64,000 nt of DNA from Bacilli bacterium (GTDB taxonomy: Bacteria; Bacillota_I; Bacilli_A; RF39; UBA660), in the NCBI GenBank assembly GCA_017405445.1, contig JAFRAK010000007.1:95689-159688 (forward strand), read 5' to 3'. Position numbers and translations under genes: made by a program. A model generated the notes under the pieces. That model saw only the letters and a list, made by a program, of their open reading frames with translations. It was not told where the DNA came from and did no database searches. Each line of letters begins with the position of its first letter. Position 1 is the stretch's first letter. Shown here one piece after another: positions 1 through 10,155 of this stretch.

Positions 1-1
1 A

Positions 2-1825
2 CATAGAATCCTTTCCAATAATACGATAGGAAGATTAGTATTAGGTACCAATGATGACAGTATGACTTTTTCAGACGAAGCAAATTCTTCTGGAGATACG
101 GATTTAAAGAAATCATCTAGAATCTTCACTTCAACGATTGTAAAGGGTTTTTATAGAATCAATTTAATACCAGAAGATCAAAGAACAAATAGAGGAGATG
201 GAAAAGATCCTGCTGTTTACAATGAAAACCGTGTTTGTAAAGACATCGATGATGATATTTTAGCAGCTTATACAAGAATAGATGCAGAACCAGGAGAAAT
301 TATTGGTATGGTTACTGCTACTTGTGATAGTGATGCTTCGCCAGGATTTTTAAATTCTATCTGGACAGGAGCTAAAAAATTAACGGGTAGTACGAAATAT
401 GTATTTGCATATACTCCAGTTGTTTCAACAATTGTACCAATTGTATTTATCTTCATTTTATTAAGTTTTACAATTGATGTTGCAGTTCGTGCTGTAAAAC
501 TTGCAGTACTTCGTTTAATTGCTCCAATTCCTATAATTGCTTATATGGATCCAAAAGGATCAAAAGACTCAGCATTTAATGCTTGGGTTAAAGCATTAGT
601 TTCTACTTATTTAGATTTATTTATTAGACTTGCATCAGTATATTTTGTAATATTTATTATTCAAGATATGGTTGTAAATGGAGTAGGAATTAGTACCACA
701 TCAGGAAGTGGATTCTTACATACCTTATCTGCCATTATTATTTGGATTGGATTATTTATCTTTGCCAAACAAGCACCTAAGTTTATTAAACAAGTACTTG
801 GATTAAAAGACGATGGTGGAAAAATCTTCAGTGGATTTGGAGAAATTGGAACTGCTCTTGGAATAGGAGCAAGTATTCCAGGAGCAATTGGATCTGGTAT
901 TGCCAGTGCCAGAGCTTCTCGTATGTCAGATGAAACTAGACAAGCGTTTGGTGTTAAAGATGCATTTGGAAGAGAAATTGATCCAAATAGTTTCTTAAAT
1001 AGAGGAAAACATTTAGTTTCAGGTATTGCCGGAGGATTAGCCGGAGGATTTACAGGAGCAGCTGCAGCCATTGGAGCAAAAGATCACGCATTAAATGCTT
1101 CACTTGATGCAATGCGTAAACGTAATGCAGATGTTATCGCAAAAGGTGGAAGTGGTACAACATTCCTTGGACGTGTTGGTGCTACTGCACAAAATGTAGT
1201 ACTTGGTGAAACTACTAGTGATAGATTAGAAAGAGATATTTCTAGTTTGGAAACAAAACAAAAAGCATTGGATGCAATCAAGAAACGTGTATCTGGAGAA
1301 ATGGTCAAGATGGATTGGACAAAAGGTTCTGCCAAAGATGGATTTGTTGGACATGCTGGTAATAGCATGAGTGGAGCATCTGTAAGTATGAATGGTAAAA
1401 AATTCAATTACAAGCAATTTGTTGCGAATATGGCTGAAGCACAAGCTGGTGGAAGAGATTATGTTACTGTTACAGATGACACAGGAACTCAATTCACTTT
1501 AAGATATGCAGATGCTGAAATAATGAAAGGTCAAATCCTTCAAAATAACGAAAACGATTATATCCAACAAGTTACAGCTGGTAAACAAGCTGATATTGAA
1601 TTAATGTCACTTATTCGTGATGCAGAGCAAAAAGGTGCTGCTAGTGATACTATGACAAATGGTAAACCTAGAGTTATTCCTGGATATACTAGAAGTGTTA
1701 AAGGTAGAATTACTACTCGTAATGACTACACGAAGGTTAACGATAGCTTTGCTCAAGAAGCTCGTGAACTTAGCAGACAAAATGTTGTTCATAAAGCAGA
1801 TAATAGATTTGCAGCTAAAAAATAA
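2..1825 (+). CDS. Polytopic T4SS membrane protein, VirB6/PrgH/TcpH-like; the 5' end is probably outside the window
   Basis: The frame is open from nt 2, with no stop before the first ATG at 62. It has several hydrophobic helices (IVPIVFIFILLSFTI, VYFVIFIIQDMV, IIIWIGLFIFA) and then a Gly/Ala-rich, soluble C-terminal half. It sits directly upstream of the VirB3-like/VirB4/hydrolase genes. The family call rests on architecture and synteny only. Confidence 0.5.
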   Translation, partial: HRILSNNTIGRLVLGTNDDSMTFSDEANSSGDTDLKKSSRIFTSTIVKGFYRINLIPEDQRTNRGDGKDPAVYNENRVCKDIDDDILAAYTRIDAEPGEIIGMVTATCDSDASPGFLNSIWTGAKKLTGSTKYVFAYTPVVSTIVPIVFIFILLSFTIDVAVRAVKLAVLRLIAPIPIIAYMDPKGSKDSAFNAWVKALVSTYLDLFIRLASVYFVIFIIQDMVVNGVGISTTSGSGFLHTLSAIIIWIGLFIFAKQAPKFIKQVLGLKDDGGKIFSGFGEIGTALGIGASIPGAIGSGIASARASRMSDETRQAFGVKDAFGREIDPNSFLNRGKHLVSGIAGGLAGGFTGAAAAIGAKDHALNASLDAMRKRNADVIAKGGSGTTFLGRVGATAQNVVLGETTSDRLERDISSLETKQKALDAIKKRVSGEMVKMDWTKGSAKDGFVGHAGNSMSGASVSMNGKKFNYKQFVANMAEAQAGGRDYVTVTDDTGTQFTLRYADAEIMKGQILQNNENDYIQQVTAGKQADIELMSLIRDAEQKGAASDTMTNGKPRVIPGYTRSVKGRITTRNDYTKVNDSFAQEARELSRQNVVHKADNRFAAKK

Positions 1826-1845
1826 TAAAAGGAGTGTGATACAAA

Positions 1846-2169
1846 GTGGATCAACAATATTTGATTCCAGCAAATACAAAAAGAGGACAATTAATCTTAG
1901 GATTATTTCGACCTTTTGATTTGTATTTGTTTGGAGCAGGTGTATTAGTATCTTTCTTACTAATTGCATTCCTGCCATTAACAAGTACCGCTGTAACAGT
2001 ATTATGTGTAAGTCCAGCTATCATTACAGGATTCCTAGTAATGCCAGTTCCTTACTACCATAATATGTTAACAATAATAATAGAAGGATATGAATTTTTG
2101 ACAACTCGTCAAAAATATAGATGGAAAGGTTGGTGTTATAAAAATGTCGTCAAAAGAAAAAAGCACTAG
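1846..2169 (+). CDS. Small two-helix T4SS membrane protein, VirB3/PrgI/TcpE-like
   Basis: 107 aa with a GTG start after AGGAGTG. It has two hydrophobic segments (LYLFGAGVLVSFLLIAFL, VLCVSPAIITGFLVMPV) and lies immediately 5' of VirB4, overlapping the next ORF by 26 nt. Confidence 0.5.
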   Translation: MDQQYLIPANTKRGQLILGLFRPFDLYLFGAGVLVSFLLIAFLPLTSTAVTVLCVSPAIITGFLVMPVPYYHNMLTIIIEGYEFLTTRQKYRWKGWCYKNVVKRKKH

Positions 2170-2698
2170 TGGATTTACAGAAGATTGGTTACCAATAAGA
2201 GCTATTCAAAATAATATGATTATTACAAAAGATAATAGTAAAGTAAGTGGAGTAAAAATAACACCAAGAAACATTTTCATCTTAGATCCAGATTTACAAA
2301 ATAATATCTTAATTGCATTAAGAAATTTCTATAACACAATCGATTATGAATTCTGGTTAGTAGTAGCAGATAGACCAGTAGACATTTCTGTTTATATGTC
2401 ACAAATGCAATTATTATTAAATGAGACATCTTCTCCTGCTATTCGTAAATTGATTTTACAAGATATTGAAAAGGGAGAAAGATTTATTAGAAATAATGTA
2501 GTAGATACAGAATACTATATTCTATTTAAGACAAAAGATAGTGATTTGGTACAAAAGAGGGTTCGCCAATTAATCAATGGTTTAGCAACAGCAGGATTAA
2601 ATGCATCCTTAGTTAGTAATTCAGATTTAAGATTAATCATTGAAAACTTCCTAAATGGAGGTAATACAACAGAGTTTGGAACGGTGATGCCAGTATGA
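2144..2698 (+). CDS. VirB4-family ATPase, N-terminal domain encoded as a separate ORF
   Basis: 184 aa. The pattern DWLPIRAIQNNMIITKDNSKVSGVKITPRNIFILDPD...YEFWLVVADRPVDIS is typical of the N-terminus of Gram-positive VirB4 proteins (PrgJ/TrsE/Orf16). The stop overlaps the next start in ATGA (2695-2698). Confidence 0.6.
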   Translation: MSSKEKSTSGFTEDWLPIRAIQNNMIITKDNSKVSGVKITPRNIFILDPDLQNNILIALRNFYNTIDYEFWLVVADRPVDISVYMSQMQLLLNETSSPAIRKLILQDIEKGERFIRNNVVDTEYYILFKTKDSDLVQKRVRQLINGLATAGLNASLVSNSDLRLIIENFLNGGNTTEFGTVMPV

Positions 2699-4485
2699 GT
2701 ACAGGATTAAGAAGTCAGTTAGCCCCTAAGGGACTACAATTTAACTCTAGTGATTTCTTTATTAGCGATAAGTATGCAACAATTTTAACTGTTGTTTCTT
2801 ATCCAAAATATATATCACCAGGTTATTTAGCAACTTTAACAAATATGTCTGGAATTAAGGTAGTAGTAAAACATATACCAGTACCTTTCCAAGATATGCA
2901 AAAAATGTTAAATAAACAAGTTGCTGAATTAAGGGAAGATTATAAAAATGAAAAAGATCAAACAACAAAAGAAAAAATAAGACAAGATGCAGAAAGTTTG
3001 GAATACTTTATTTCAATGTTAGCAGCTTCTCAAGCAAGAATCTTTGATTTTCAAATGCATATAATGGTAGTTGCTGATACCAAAGAAGATTTAGAATTAA
3101 AGAAGTTAACTGTTAAAAACTATTTGGATTCAATGGATTTAAAAGCAGTTTCTTTAAGATTTGAACAAGAAAAAGCTCTCAAATCTATTCTTCCAGTATT
3201 CCCATCTCAAGATATTGAACAAAGAATTGGTACTCCAATTCCATCTGTGACAATCGCAGCTATGTATCCATTTATTTTTGATAGCATTAAAGATCCTGGA
3301 TTAAGTTGTTTACTTGGAGTAGATTTCTCAGGAGGAGTTGTTTTATTCAATCAATTCTTATATAAAATTAAAAAAGAAAATAATAGAAATAATGCCAATA
3401 TGATTATTTTAGGTACATCTGGTTCTGGTAAATCTACAGCTGCAAAATTATTACTACGTACCCATATCAGAAATGGATGCCAAATCGTAATAATCGATCC
3501 AGAAGATGAGTTTAGAGAAATTACCCAAACTTATGGTGGAGATACTGTGGATATTGGTAAAGGTGGAGAATTTGGATTAATTAATCCACTTGAAATTGTA
3601 ATAGATGCAGATGAAGAAGAGATTAAACAAGGATTGGGCTATACAGTTCTAACAAGAACTCTTCAATTCTTAAAGGCATTTATGAAATATTATGATCCAT
3701 CTATAGAAGAAGATGTACTAACAATGTTTTCTGAAATTGTACAGGATACTTATAAAAGATTTGGAATTGATTTTACTTCAGATTTTTCAAAATATACATC
3801 TGAAGACTATCCAACATTTAGTGATGTATATGCTACAATTAAAGGAAAATTAATGTCTATGACAGAACAAACACAAGAGCGAGATGTCATGGAAAGACTA
3901 GAATTAAAAGTTAGACCAATTACAAAAGAATTAAAATTCTATTTTGATGGACATACAACTATCCGTAAAGGTAGTGACTTTATGGTATTTAACATTAAAG
4001 AATTAATGAATAGCGATTCTACTGTTAAAAATGCATTGTTCTTTAATGTTTTAAAATATGCATGGGGATTATGTCTAGATTATAGTGTAGATACAGTAAT
4101 GATGGTAGATGAAGCACATGTATTATTAGGAGATAATAATGCATTAGGTGCTGATTTCTTAGCTCAAGTACAAAGACGTGCTCGTAAGTATAATACTGGT
4201 ACTGTTATTATTACACAACAACCAAGTGATTTCTCAGATCCTTCTGTAATAACACAAGGAAAAGCAATCTTTGATAACTCTTCTTATTACTTAGTAATGG
4301 GTCTTAGAAAACAAGCGGTAGAAGACTTAAGTTTATTAATTGACTTAAATGAAAGTGAAAAAGAAAGTATTAAACGTTATTCTCAAGGAGAAGCATTATT
4401 CGTATGTGGAAACAGACGTATGAGAATTAATGTTGCAGTTACACAAGATGAATTAGATTCCTTTGGTACAGGAGGAGGCTTCTAA
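2695..4485 (+). CDS. VirB4-family conjugation ATPase (central and C-terminal NTPase part)
   Basis: Walker A is ILGTSGSGKST and Walker B is VMMVDEAH. RKYNTGTVIITQQPSDF matches the VirB4/TrsE C-terminal motif. The N-terminal LAPKGLQFNSSDFFISDKYATILTVVSYPKY matches the mid-region of full-length VirB4 proteins. Confidence 0.85.
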   Translation: MSTGLRSQLAPKGLQFNSSDFFISDKYATILTVVSYPKYISPGYLATLTNMSGIKVVVKHIPVPFQDMQKMLNKQVAELREDYKNEKDQTTKEKIRQDAESLEYFISMLAASQARIFDFQMHIMVVADTKEDLELKKLTVKNYLDSMDLKAVSLRFEQEKALKSILPVFPSQDIEQRIGTPIPSVTIAAMYPFIFDSIKDPGLSCLLGVDFSGGVVLFNQFLYKIKKENNRNNANMIILGTSGSGKSTAAKLLLRTHIRNGCQIVIIDPEDEFREITQTYGGDTVDIGKGGEFGLINPLEIVIDADEEEIKQGLGYTVLTRTLQFLKAFMKYYDPSIEEDVLTMFSEIVQDTYKRFGIDFTSDFSKYTSEDYPTFSDVYATIKGKLMSMTEQTQERDVMERLELKVRPITKELKFYFDGHTTIRKGSDFMVFNIKELMNSDSTVKNALFFNVLKYAWGLCLDYSVDTVMMVDEAHVLLGDNNALGADFLAQVQRRARKYNTGTVIITQQPSDFSDPSVITQGKAIFDNSSYYLVMGLRKQAVEDLSLLIDLNESEKESIKRYSQGEALFVCGNRRMRINVAVTQDELDSFGTGGGF

Positions 4486-4511
4486 TTCGAGAAGAGTAAG
4501 GTGGTGGTAAA

Positions 4512-6881
4512 ATGGCATACGAAGCAAGAAAAAATGACGATCTAAGTAAAGAAGAACAAAAAGCAAGAAATGATGCCAATAACACCAATAACGTTAGAAA
4601 TGCAGCAGATGTTGCAATAGCAACAGGCAATCCATATGGAGTAGTTGCAGGTGCTGCTGTAAAAGGAGCAGATGCCGTAACTGGTGGAAAAGCTTCAGAA
4701 GCAATAGGAAAAGCATTAACAACAACAAACAATGTGGCTCCAGGTGGAAATAGAATGCAAAATGCTTCTAACAGATTAAATGAAAGTGGTGTTAGTGATA
4801 CTGCTGGAAAAGTAGCTAGAATAAAGAATAGTGCTGAAGGTGGAAAACAACCAAATACCACAACACAAGCATCAAAACAACCATCTGAAGGTAGTCAAAT
4901 TGTTAGTAAGATGCCTGATGGTAGTAATAAAAATTATGTACAACCATCACAACAAACAGTAAGTAATCAAGAAGGTAAAGGAAGAGAACAATCTCTTCCT
5001 TCTTCTAGTGAAAAAAAAGAAATAAAAAAAGAAAAAAGAACTCTTCCTCCAGAAGATGAAGTAGAAGAAAAAAATGGATTTGGAAAAGGTTTAACAAAGT
5101 TTCTAGCAACACAAACAATTATGACTGTAACATTTATCGCAGCACCAATAATCTTAATTGTATTATTATTTGTAGTTGCATTATCTTCTATTTCTGGATT
5201 ATTCTCAGAATATGAAGATGCCTTTGGTATTAGTTATGAAATAGGAGAAGAAACAGGAGGATTAGTAATTGAAGAACCAACAAAAGATCAAAAGAAATTC
5301 TATGAAAGAATTACTGAGGTGAAGCAAGAATATCAAACAACTGGAAAAATACTTGACCCTTTAAAGATTGTTGCGGTTCATCATGTATTAGATAGTGAAG
5401 GTGCTAATTTAGATTATAAAAAAGTAACAAAATCTGTGATAAAAGAATGGGCAGATGCCATGTTTTCTGGAAATATGTATAATGAAAGTCTTTTTAAACA
5501 GAATTTGATTAATACAATTATTCCTAAATATTTACCAAATCTAAGTCAAAAACAAAGAGAAGAACTTGCAGATGAAGTATTTGATTATATTGATAGATAC
5601 TATAATTTGATTGGAAAAGAAGCAAATTTATCATCTTGTGCATCAATTGGGAATTGTACTTATGAAATAAAAGGATTCTTTATTCCAAATAAAGGAAATG
5701 TCGTCATGAATATTCAAGTTAATAACTTGAAAGTACGTCTAATGGAATGTGGGGCTCCTTATGGAAATGGAAGTTATACAAAACCAATTGATCAAGATTT
5801 AGTGAATTTTGAAGATTATGTTGCAGGAGTTGCATATGCAGAAGTAGGACCTAATGCAGATCCTGATGTATTAAAAGCACAAATGGTTGCTGCTAGAAGT
5901 TTTGCTCTAGCAAGACCAACTGGAATGGGTTATTCTGCTGGAAAATCTTTAACACAAGAAAATGGACAATGGATTTTACAAATATCTTCCTGTGTAGCAG
6001 ATCAGGTTTTTTGTAATATAGATCAAGGCTGCTCCTACATGGGAGGAGGAGATGGTCAAGGAGGAATAGTCAGAAGTGGAATGCTTCCCAATGCATACAA
6101 AACAAGAGATCCAATTCCACAAGAACATCCTCTAAGAACTGCTGCTGCAGAAACTCAAGGAGAAGTTTTAGTAAATAAGCAAGGTTATATTATTGAAACA
6201 GGTTATACCAGTGTAGAACAAAATAATTGGGCTGCAATGGCAAAAAGTGGTTATAATTATAAACAGATGTTACTACAAACTTATAGTCAATCACCAAAGA
6301 ATTTTGGTGCATCCAACATAGAAAAAATGAGTTGTAGTACAGAAGATAATTCAAACTGTATTTCTACAGGAGAATTTGCACAATGGAAACAAACAGATCC
6401 ACAGTGGAGTAGTGTTCCGATGGGTGATAGTGGAAAAACAATAGGACAAATTGGATGTTTAGCAACTTCTATCGCAATTCAGATTGCGAAAAGTGGAGTT
6501 GATGTTGATCCTTCTATTAAACCATTTAATCCAGGAACATTTGTAGAATTCTTAAATAGAACGAATGGCTTTGCTCCAGGAGGAAACTTTGTCTGGGCAT
6601 CCGCAACTAAAGCAGCACCATCCTTTAGATATGCAGGAGAAATCTATTTATTAGGAATGGATAGAAGTCAAAAACTAAGAAGAATTCAAGAGGTAGTAGC
6701 ACAAAAAGGAGTTTATGCAGTAGCAGAAGTAAAAGGAAATACCGGTCAACACTGGGTTGCAATCGATAGTGTAGATGGATCTACTATTAATATGATGGAT
6801 CCATCATCAGATGCTACCGATATGTGGCAACAATATAATTGGGCCAATACTTCTAGAATTGTATACTTTCAGGTTGGATAG
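4512..6881 (+). CDS. Bifunctional T4SS cell-wall hydrolase (SpoIID-like lytic transglycosylase + CHAP/NlpC-P60-like peptidase), PrgK/TcpG/Orf14 analogue
   Basis: One TM helix (IMTVTFIAAPIILIVLLFVVAL). The SpoIID-type motif is YVAGVAYAEVGPNADPDVLKAQMVAARSFAL. The C-terminal Cys/His pair (GQIGCLATSIAIQ ... GQHWVAIDSVDG) is typical of CHAP/NlpC-P60 peptidases. Confidence 0.75.
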   Translation: MAYEARKNDDLSKEEQKARNDANNTNNVRNAADVAIATGNPYGVVAGAAVKGADAVTGGKASEAIGKALTTTNNVAPGGNRMQNASNRLNESGVSDTAGKVARIKNSAEGGKQPNTTTQASKQPSEGSQIVSKMPDGSNKNYVQPSQQTVSNQEGKGREQSLPSSSEKKEIKKEKRTLPPEDEVEEKNGFGKGLTKFLATQTIMTVTFIAAPIILIVLLFVVALSSISGLFSEYEDAFGISYEIGEETGGLVIEEPTKDQKKFYERITEVKQEYQTTGKILDPLKIVAVHHVLDSEGANLDYKKVTKSVIKEWADAMFSGNMYNESLFKQNLINTIIPKYLPNLSQKQREELADEVFDYIDRYYNLIGKEANLSSCASIGNCTYEIKGFFIPNKGNVVMNIQVNNLKVRLMECGAPYGNGSYTKPIDQDLVNFEDYVAGVAYAEVGPNADPDVLKAQMVAARSFALARPTGMGYSAGKSLTQENGQWILQISSCVADQVFCNIDQGCSYMGGGDGQGGIVRSGMLPNAYKTRDPIPQEHPLRTAAAETQGEVLVNKQGYIIETGYTSVEQNNWAAMAKSGYNYKQMLLQTYSQSPKNFGASNIEKMSCSTEDNSNCISTGEFAQWKQTDPQWSSVPMGDSGKTIGQIGCLATSIAIQIAKSGVDVDPSIKPFNPGTFVEFLNRTNGFAPGGNFVWASATKAAPSFRYAGEIYLLGMDRSQKLRRIQEVVAQKGVYAVAEVKGNTGQHWVAIDSVDGSTINMMDPSSDATDMWQQYNWANTSRIVYFQVG

Positions 6882-6889
6882 GTGATAGA

Positions 6890-7675
6890 ATGAAAAGTAA
6901 TAATAAAGTTTATATCGTTTTATTAGTAATACTATTCGTATTCTTTATTGTAATGTTTTTATTATTTGGAATAGATAATATAAAAAAAGAAAGCTATTCA
7001 TCAACAATTATTGTAGGAAACAGTTCTGTTTTTCAATATAAAAAAGAAAGATGGATGAATATTAGAATGAAAACATCTCTTGATGAATTAAGTTGGAATA
7101 CATTTAAAGTTTATCAAGATAAACAAGAACTAGGAGATTATGAATTATGGTATAGTGATAATAGATGGTATGCATTTGATCACAATCGTAATGCAATTAA
7201 TACAGAAGATTCTATTTTTGCATATGATGGAAATTATGATTTAAAAATTAATTATCCAGAAGAACAACAAGTATCAAATCTAGAATACGTTTATCAAGTA
7301 TTAATGGATAATAATATTTCTACCAGTGAAGAATTTACTTCTCTATATAAAATTAATTTTGATATTGATAACGATCATATAGAAGAAGAGTTTTATATTG
7401 TCTCTAATGCCTTTACAACAGGGTATACTCCAGAAAAAATATTTTCAATTGCATTTATGGTAAAAAATAATAGTATTTATCCAATTTATCAAGATATTAG
7501 AAATAATAACTATTACGATTCTTGTAAACCATATTATAATGTATTTTTAGATGTAAATAACGATAACCAATATGAATTCATTTTAAGTTGTGGAAAATAT
7601 AGTAATCAAGAACAAATCGATATTTTATATCAATTTGTAGAAAATCAATTTAAAATCTTAATTTCTAATCAGTAA
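6890..7675 (+). CDS. N-terminally anchored hypothetical protein; positional candidate for a VirB8-like (PrgL/TcpC) component
   Basis: AGGTGA RBS and an N-terminal TM helix (VYIVLLVILFVFFIVMFLLF) followed by a ~230-aa soluble domain. It occupies the slot after the hydrolase where VirB8-like genes sit in pCF10-type systems. No diagnostic motif was recognised. Confidence 0.4.
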   Translation: MKSNNKVYIVLLVILFVFFIVMFLLFGIDNIKKESYSSTIIVGNSSVFQYKKERWMNIRMKTSLDELSWNTFKVYQDKQELGDYELWYSDNRWYAFDHNRNAINTEDSIFAYDGNYDLKINYPEEQQVSNLEYVYQVLMDNNISTSEEFTSLYKINFDIDNDHIEEEFYIVSNAFTTGYTPEKIFSIAFMVKNNSIYPIYQDIRNNNYYDSCKPYYNVFLDVNNDNQYEFILSCGKYSNQEQIDILYQFVENQFKILISNQ

Positions 7676-7735
7676 TTAATGACAGTTTAATGAATTTAAG
7701 ATATAATATAAGAGAAAAAGAAGGGAAGTCTTGTC

Positions 7736-10141
7736 ATGAAGTTAAAATTTAGAGTAGATCCAGATGATTTATTAATCTTTGTTCTGTTTTGTATATTCTT
7801 ATTTTATATTGTATGTATTGCAGTAGCAAATGTACATTGCTTCGCAACAGAAGGCCATTTAAGTGGATTAAATCCTTTTTTAGCATTTGCACCAGATGTA
7901 ATAGGGTCAACTCTAGTACTTTATTTGGTTGCCTTTTTAGGGCTATTTGCTAGTGTAAATTCTATGTTCTTTGAAAGAGAAAAAGGATTTGGATTAACAA
8001 CTACAAAAAAAGATAAAGGTTATTCTAGATGGGCAAAAGATAAAGAAATAAAAGAAGAATTAACAATGGTTCCAATTCAACAAAGAAATTCAAAAGCAGC
8101 AGGAGTTCCTCTTATTTTAAATGATAAAGAAATGTGGGTAGATAATGGAGAATACCATTCATTAGTTATCGGAGCTACTGGTTCCGGAAAAACTCAAACA
8201 GTTATTTTACCTACAGTACATAGTTTAGCTAAAGCCAGAGAGTCCATGATTATTACAGACCCTAAAGGTGAAATATATGAAAAAACTTCTAACATGTTAC
8301 GTGCTAGAGGATATCAAATATTATTATTGAACTTCCGTGATCCTCAAAATGGTAATGCTTGGAATCCAATGTCTTTACCATATAGAATGTATAAGTCAGG
8401 AAATCAAGATAAAGCAATTGAGTTATTAGATGACTTAGCGTTAAATATCTTATATGATGAATCAAATAAGAATGCAGATCCATTCTGGGAAAAAACATCA
8501 GCAGATTACTTCTCAGGAGTAGCTTTAGGTTTATTTGAAGATGCGCAACCAAATGAAATTAATATTAATTCTATTTCTCTTGCAACAACAGTAGGAGAAG
8601 AAAAATTTGGTGGATCTACTTATATAAAAGAGTATTTTGCAGGAAAAGATCCAAATAGTGCAGCATCAATCAATGCATCTAGTACCATTATGGCTCCAAG
8701 TGAAACAAAAGGATCAATTCTTTCTGTATTTAAACAAAAAGTAAAATTATTCGCATCTCGTGAAAATTTATCAGAGATGTTAAGTTATTCAGATATTAAT
8801 CTTGAAAGTATCGGAGAAAAGCCAACCGCTGTATTTATTGTTATTCAAGATGAAAAGAAAACTTACCACTCTTTAGTAACTATTTTATTAAAACAAATCT
8901 ATGAAACATTAATTAGTGTTGCTCAAAGACATGGAGGAAAATTACCAATAAGAACAAACTTCTTACTAGATGAGTTTCCTAACATGCCACCACTTAAAGA
9001 TGTAACAACAATGATTACTGCGGCACGTTCTAGAAATATTCGTTTTACCATGATTATCCAAAACTTTGCACAACTAGATGATGTATATGGAAAAGAAGAA
9101 GCAGAAACAATACGAGGTAACTGTGGTAACATTATTTACTTAATCACAACAGAATTAAAAGCCTTAGAAGAAATCTCCAAAATGTGTGGAGAAGAAAAAA
9201 GTAAAAAAGATGATAAGACTGCATCAACTCCTTTAGTAACGGTATCCGATTTACAAAGAATGAAACAATTTGAAGTAATCATCTTACGTATGAGAAAACA
9301 ACCATTTAAAACAAAATTTACACCATACTTTAAAATTGATTGGGGAAAGAAATATCCTCCAGCAAAATATCCAACAAGACCTAAAAGAGAACTTCATACT
9401 TTTGATATAAAAGAATTTGTAAAAACACAAAAGAAGAAAAAATTATTAGAAATGATGAATGCAGCTGATCAAGAAGATAAAGCAAATGGACTTCCAATGG
9501 CACTTCCTAGAATGAATAGAGTTCATGAAGAATTACCTCCAGAACTACAACAAATTCGTGAAAGAAGAAAACAAGAAGCTGCTATCCCAGACTTCTTACA
9601 AAGAAGACCAGTAGAAGAAAAAGAAAAACTAACAGAAAAGAAAGAATCACGTGTTCCATCATTTGAAGAATTTAGAAGACAAATGGAAGAAGCAGATTCA
9701 TTTAATCCTTTTGAAGAGCATATAGAAGTTCCAATGAAGAAAGAACCATCAATCCCTGAAAGATTAGAAGATGATGATGATGACGATGACGGAGATGATT
9801 TGGGCTTCGATGTTGATGAATTAGTTCGTAAGATTGATGCTAAAATCGCAGAACTAGAAAAAGAAGAACAAAGAAATAAAGAAATTGAAGAACAAAGAAA
9901 ACAAGAGAATCAAAAAGAATCAGTAAAAGAAATAGAACCAATAGTAGAAGAAGAAACTGTAGAAGAATTAGATGGTGTATCTACTACAGAAGATAAACCA
10001 TATAATAGTATAGAAAATATCCATGAAGAAGAAAAAAAGAAACCAGAAGTTCTTGATGATATCAAACCTCTTCCTAATATAAGTCTAGATGATGATGACG
10101 ATGATGAGGATGATTTCTTTGATGATTTTTTTGATAATTAG
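7736..10141 (+). CDS. Type IV coupling protein (VirD4/TraG/PcfC family) with a long charged C-terminal extension
   Basis: Two N-terminal TM helices. Walker A is VIGATGSGKTQTVILP and Walker B is NFLLDEFPNMP. ARSRNIRFTMIIQNFAQLDDVYG is the TraG/VirD4 signature. The last ~240 aa are K/E/D-rich, with DDDDDDDGDD and DDDDDEDDFFDDFFDN. Confidence 0.85.
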   Translation: MKLKFRVDPDDLLIFVLFCIFLFYIVCIAVANVHCFATEGHLSGLNPFLAFAPDVIGSTLVLYLVAFLGLFASVNSMFFEREKGFGLTTTKKDKGYSRWAKDKEIKEELTMVPIQQRNSKAAGVPLILNDKEMWVDNGEYHSLVIGATGSGKTQTVILPTVHSLAKARESMIITDPKGEIYEKTSNMLRARGYQILLLNFRDPQNGNAWNPMSLPYRMYKSGNQDKAIELLDDLALNILYDESNKNADPFWEKTSADYFSGVALGLFEDAQPNEININSISLATTVGEEKFGGSTYIKEYFAGKDPNSAASINASSTIMAPSETKGSILSVFKQKVKLFASRENLSEMLSYSDINLESIGEKPTAVFIVIQDEKKTYHSLVTILLKQIYETLISVAQRHGGKLPIRTNFLLDEFPNMPPLKDVTTMITAARSRNIRFTMIIQNFAQLDDVYGKEEAETIRGNCGNIIYLITTELKALEEISKMCGEEKSKKDDKTASTPLVTVSDLQRMKQFEVIILRMRKQPFKTKFTPYFKIDWGKKYPPAKYPTRPKRELHTFDIKEFVKTQKKKKLLEMMNAADQEDKANGLPMALPRMNRVHEELPPELQQIRERRKQEAAIPDFLQRRPVEEKEKLTEKKESRVPSFEEFRRQMEEADSFNPFEEHIEVPMKKEPSIPERLEDDDDDDDGDDLGFDVDELVRKIDAKIAELEKEEQRNKEIEEQRKQENQKESVKEIEPIVEEETVEELDGVSTTEDKPYNSIENIHEEEKKKPEVLDDIKPLPNISLDDDDDDEDDFFDDFFDN

Positions 10142-10155
10142 AAAGGAGTAGTTAT

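Noticed and set aside
268-1984. Minus-strand and alternative-frame ORFs (268-456, 661-1071, 1084-1407, 1226-1492, 1607-1984, 1659-1919)
   Set aside because: They are fully embedded in the VirB6-like CDS or its junction, have low-complexity Pro/Ala or Ile/Leu composition and no ribosome-binding sites. The sense-strand gene has coherent TM architecture and synteny.
4439-4861. 140-aa minus-strand ORF
   Set aside because: It lies antisense to the end of VirB4 and the start of the hydrolase gene. It mirrors the Ala/Gly-rich N-terminus of the hydrolase and has no RBS.
4990-5045. A8/A7/A6 homopolymer runs inside the hydrolase gene as possible frameshift switches
   Set aside because: The reading frame is intact across them, and such A-runs simply encode the K/E-rich linker in an AT-rich genome. 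Unlike at 54476-54481, no hidden stop or alternative product was evident.
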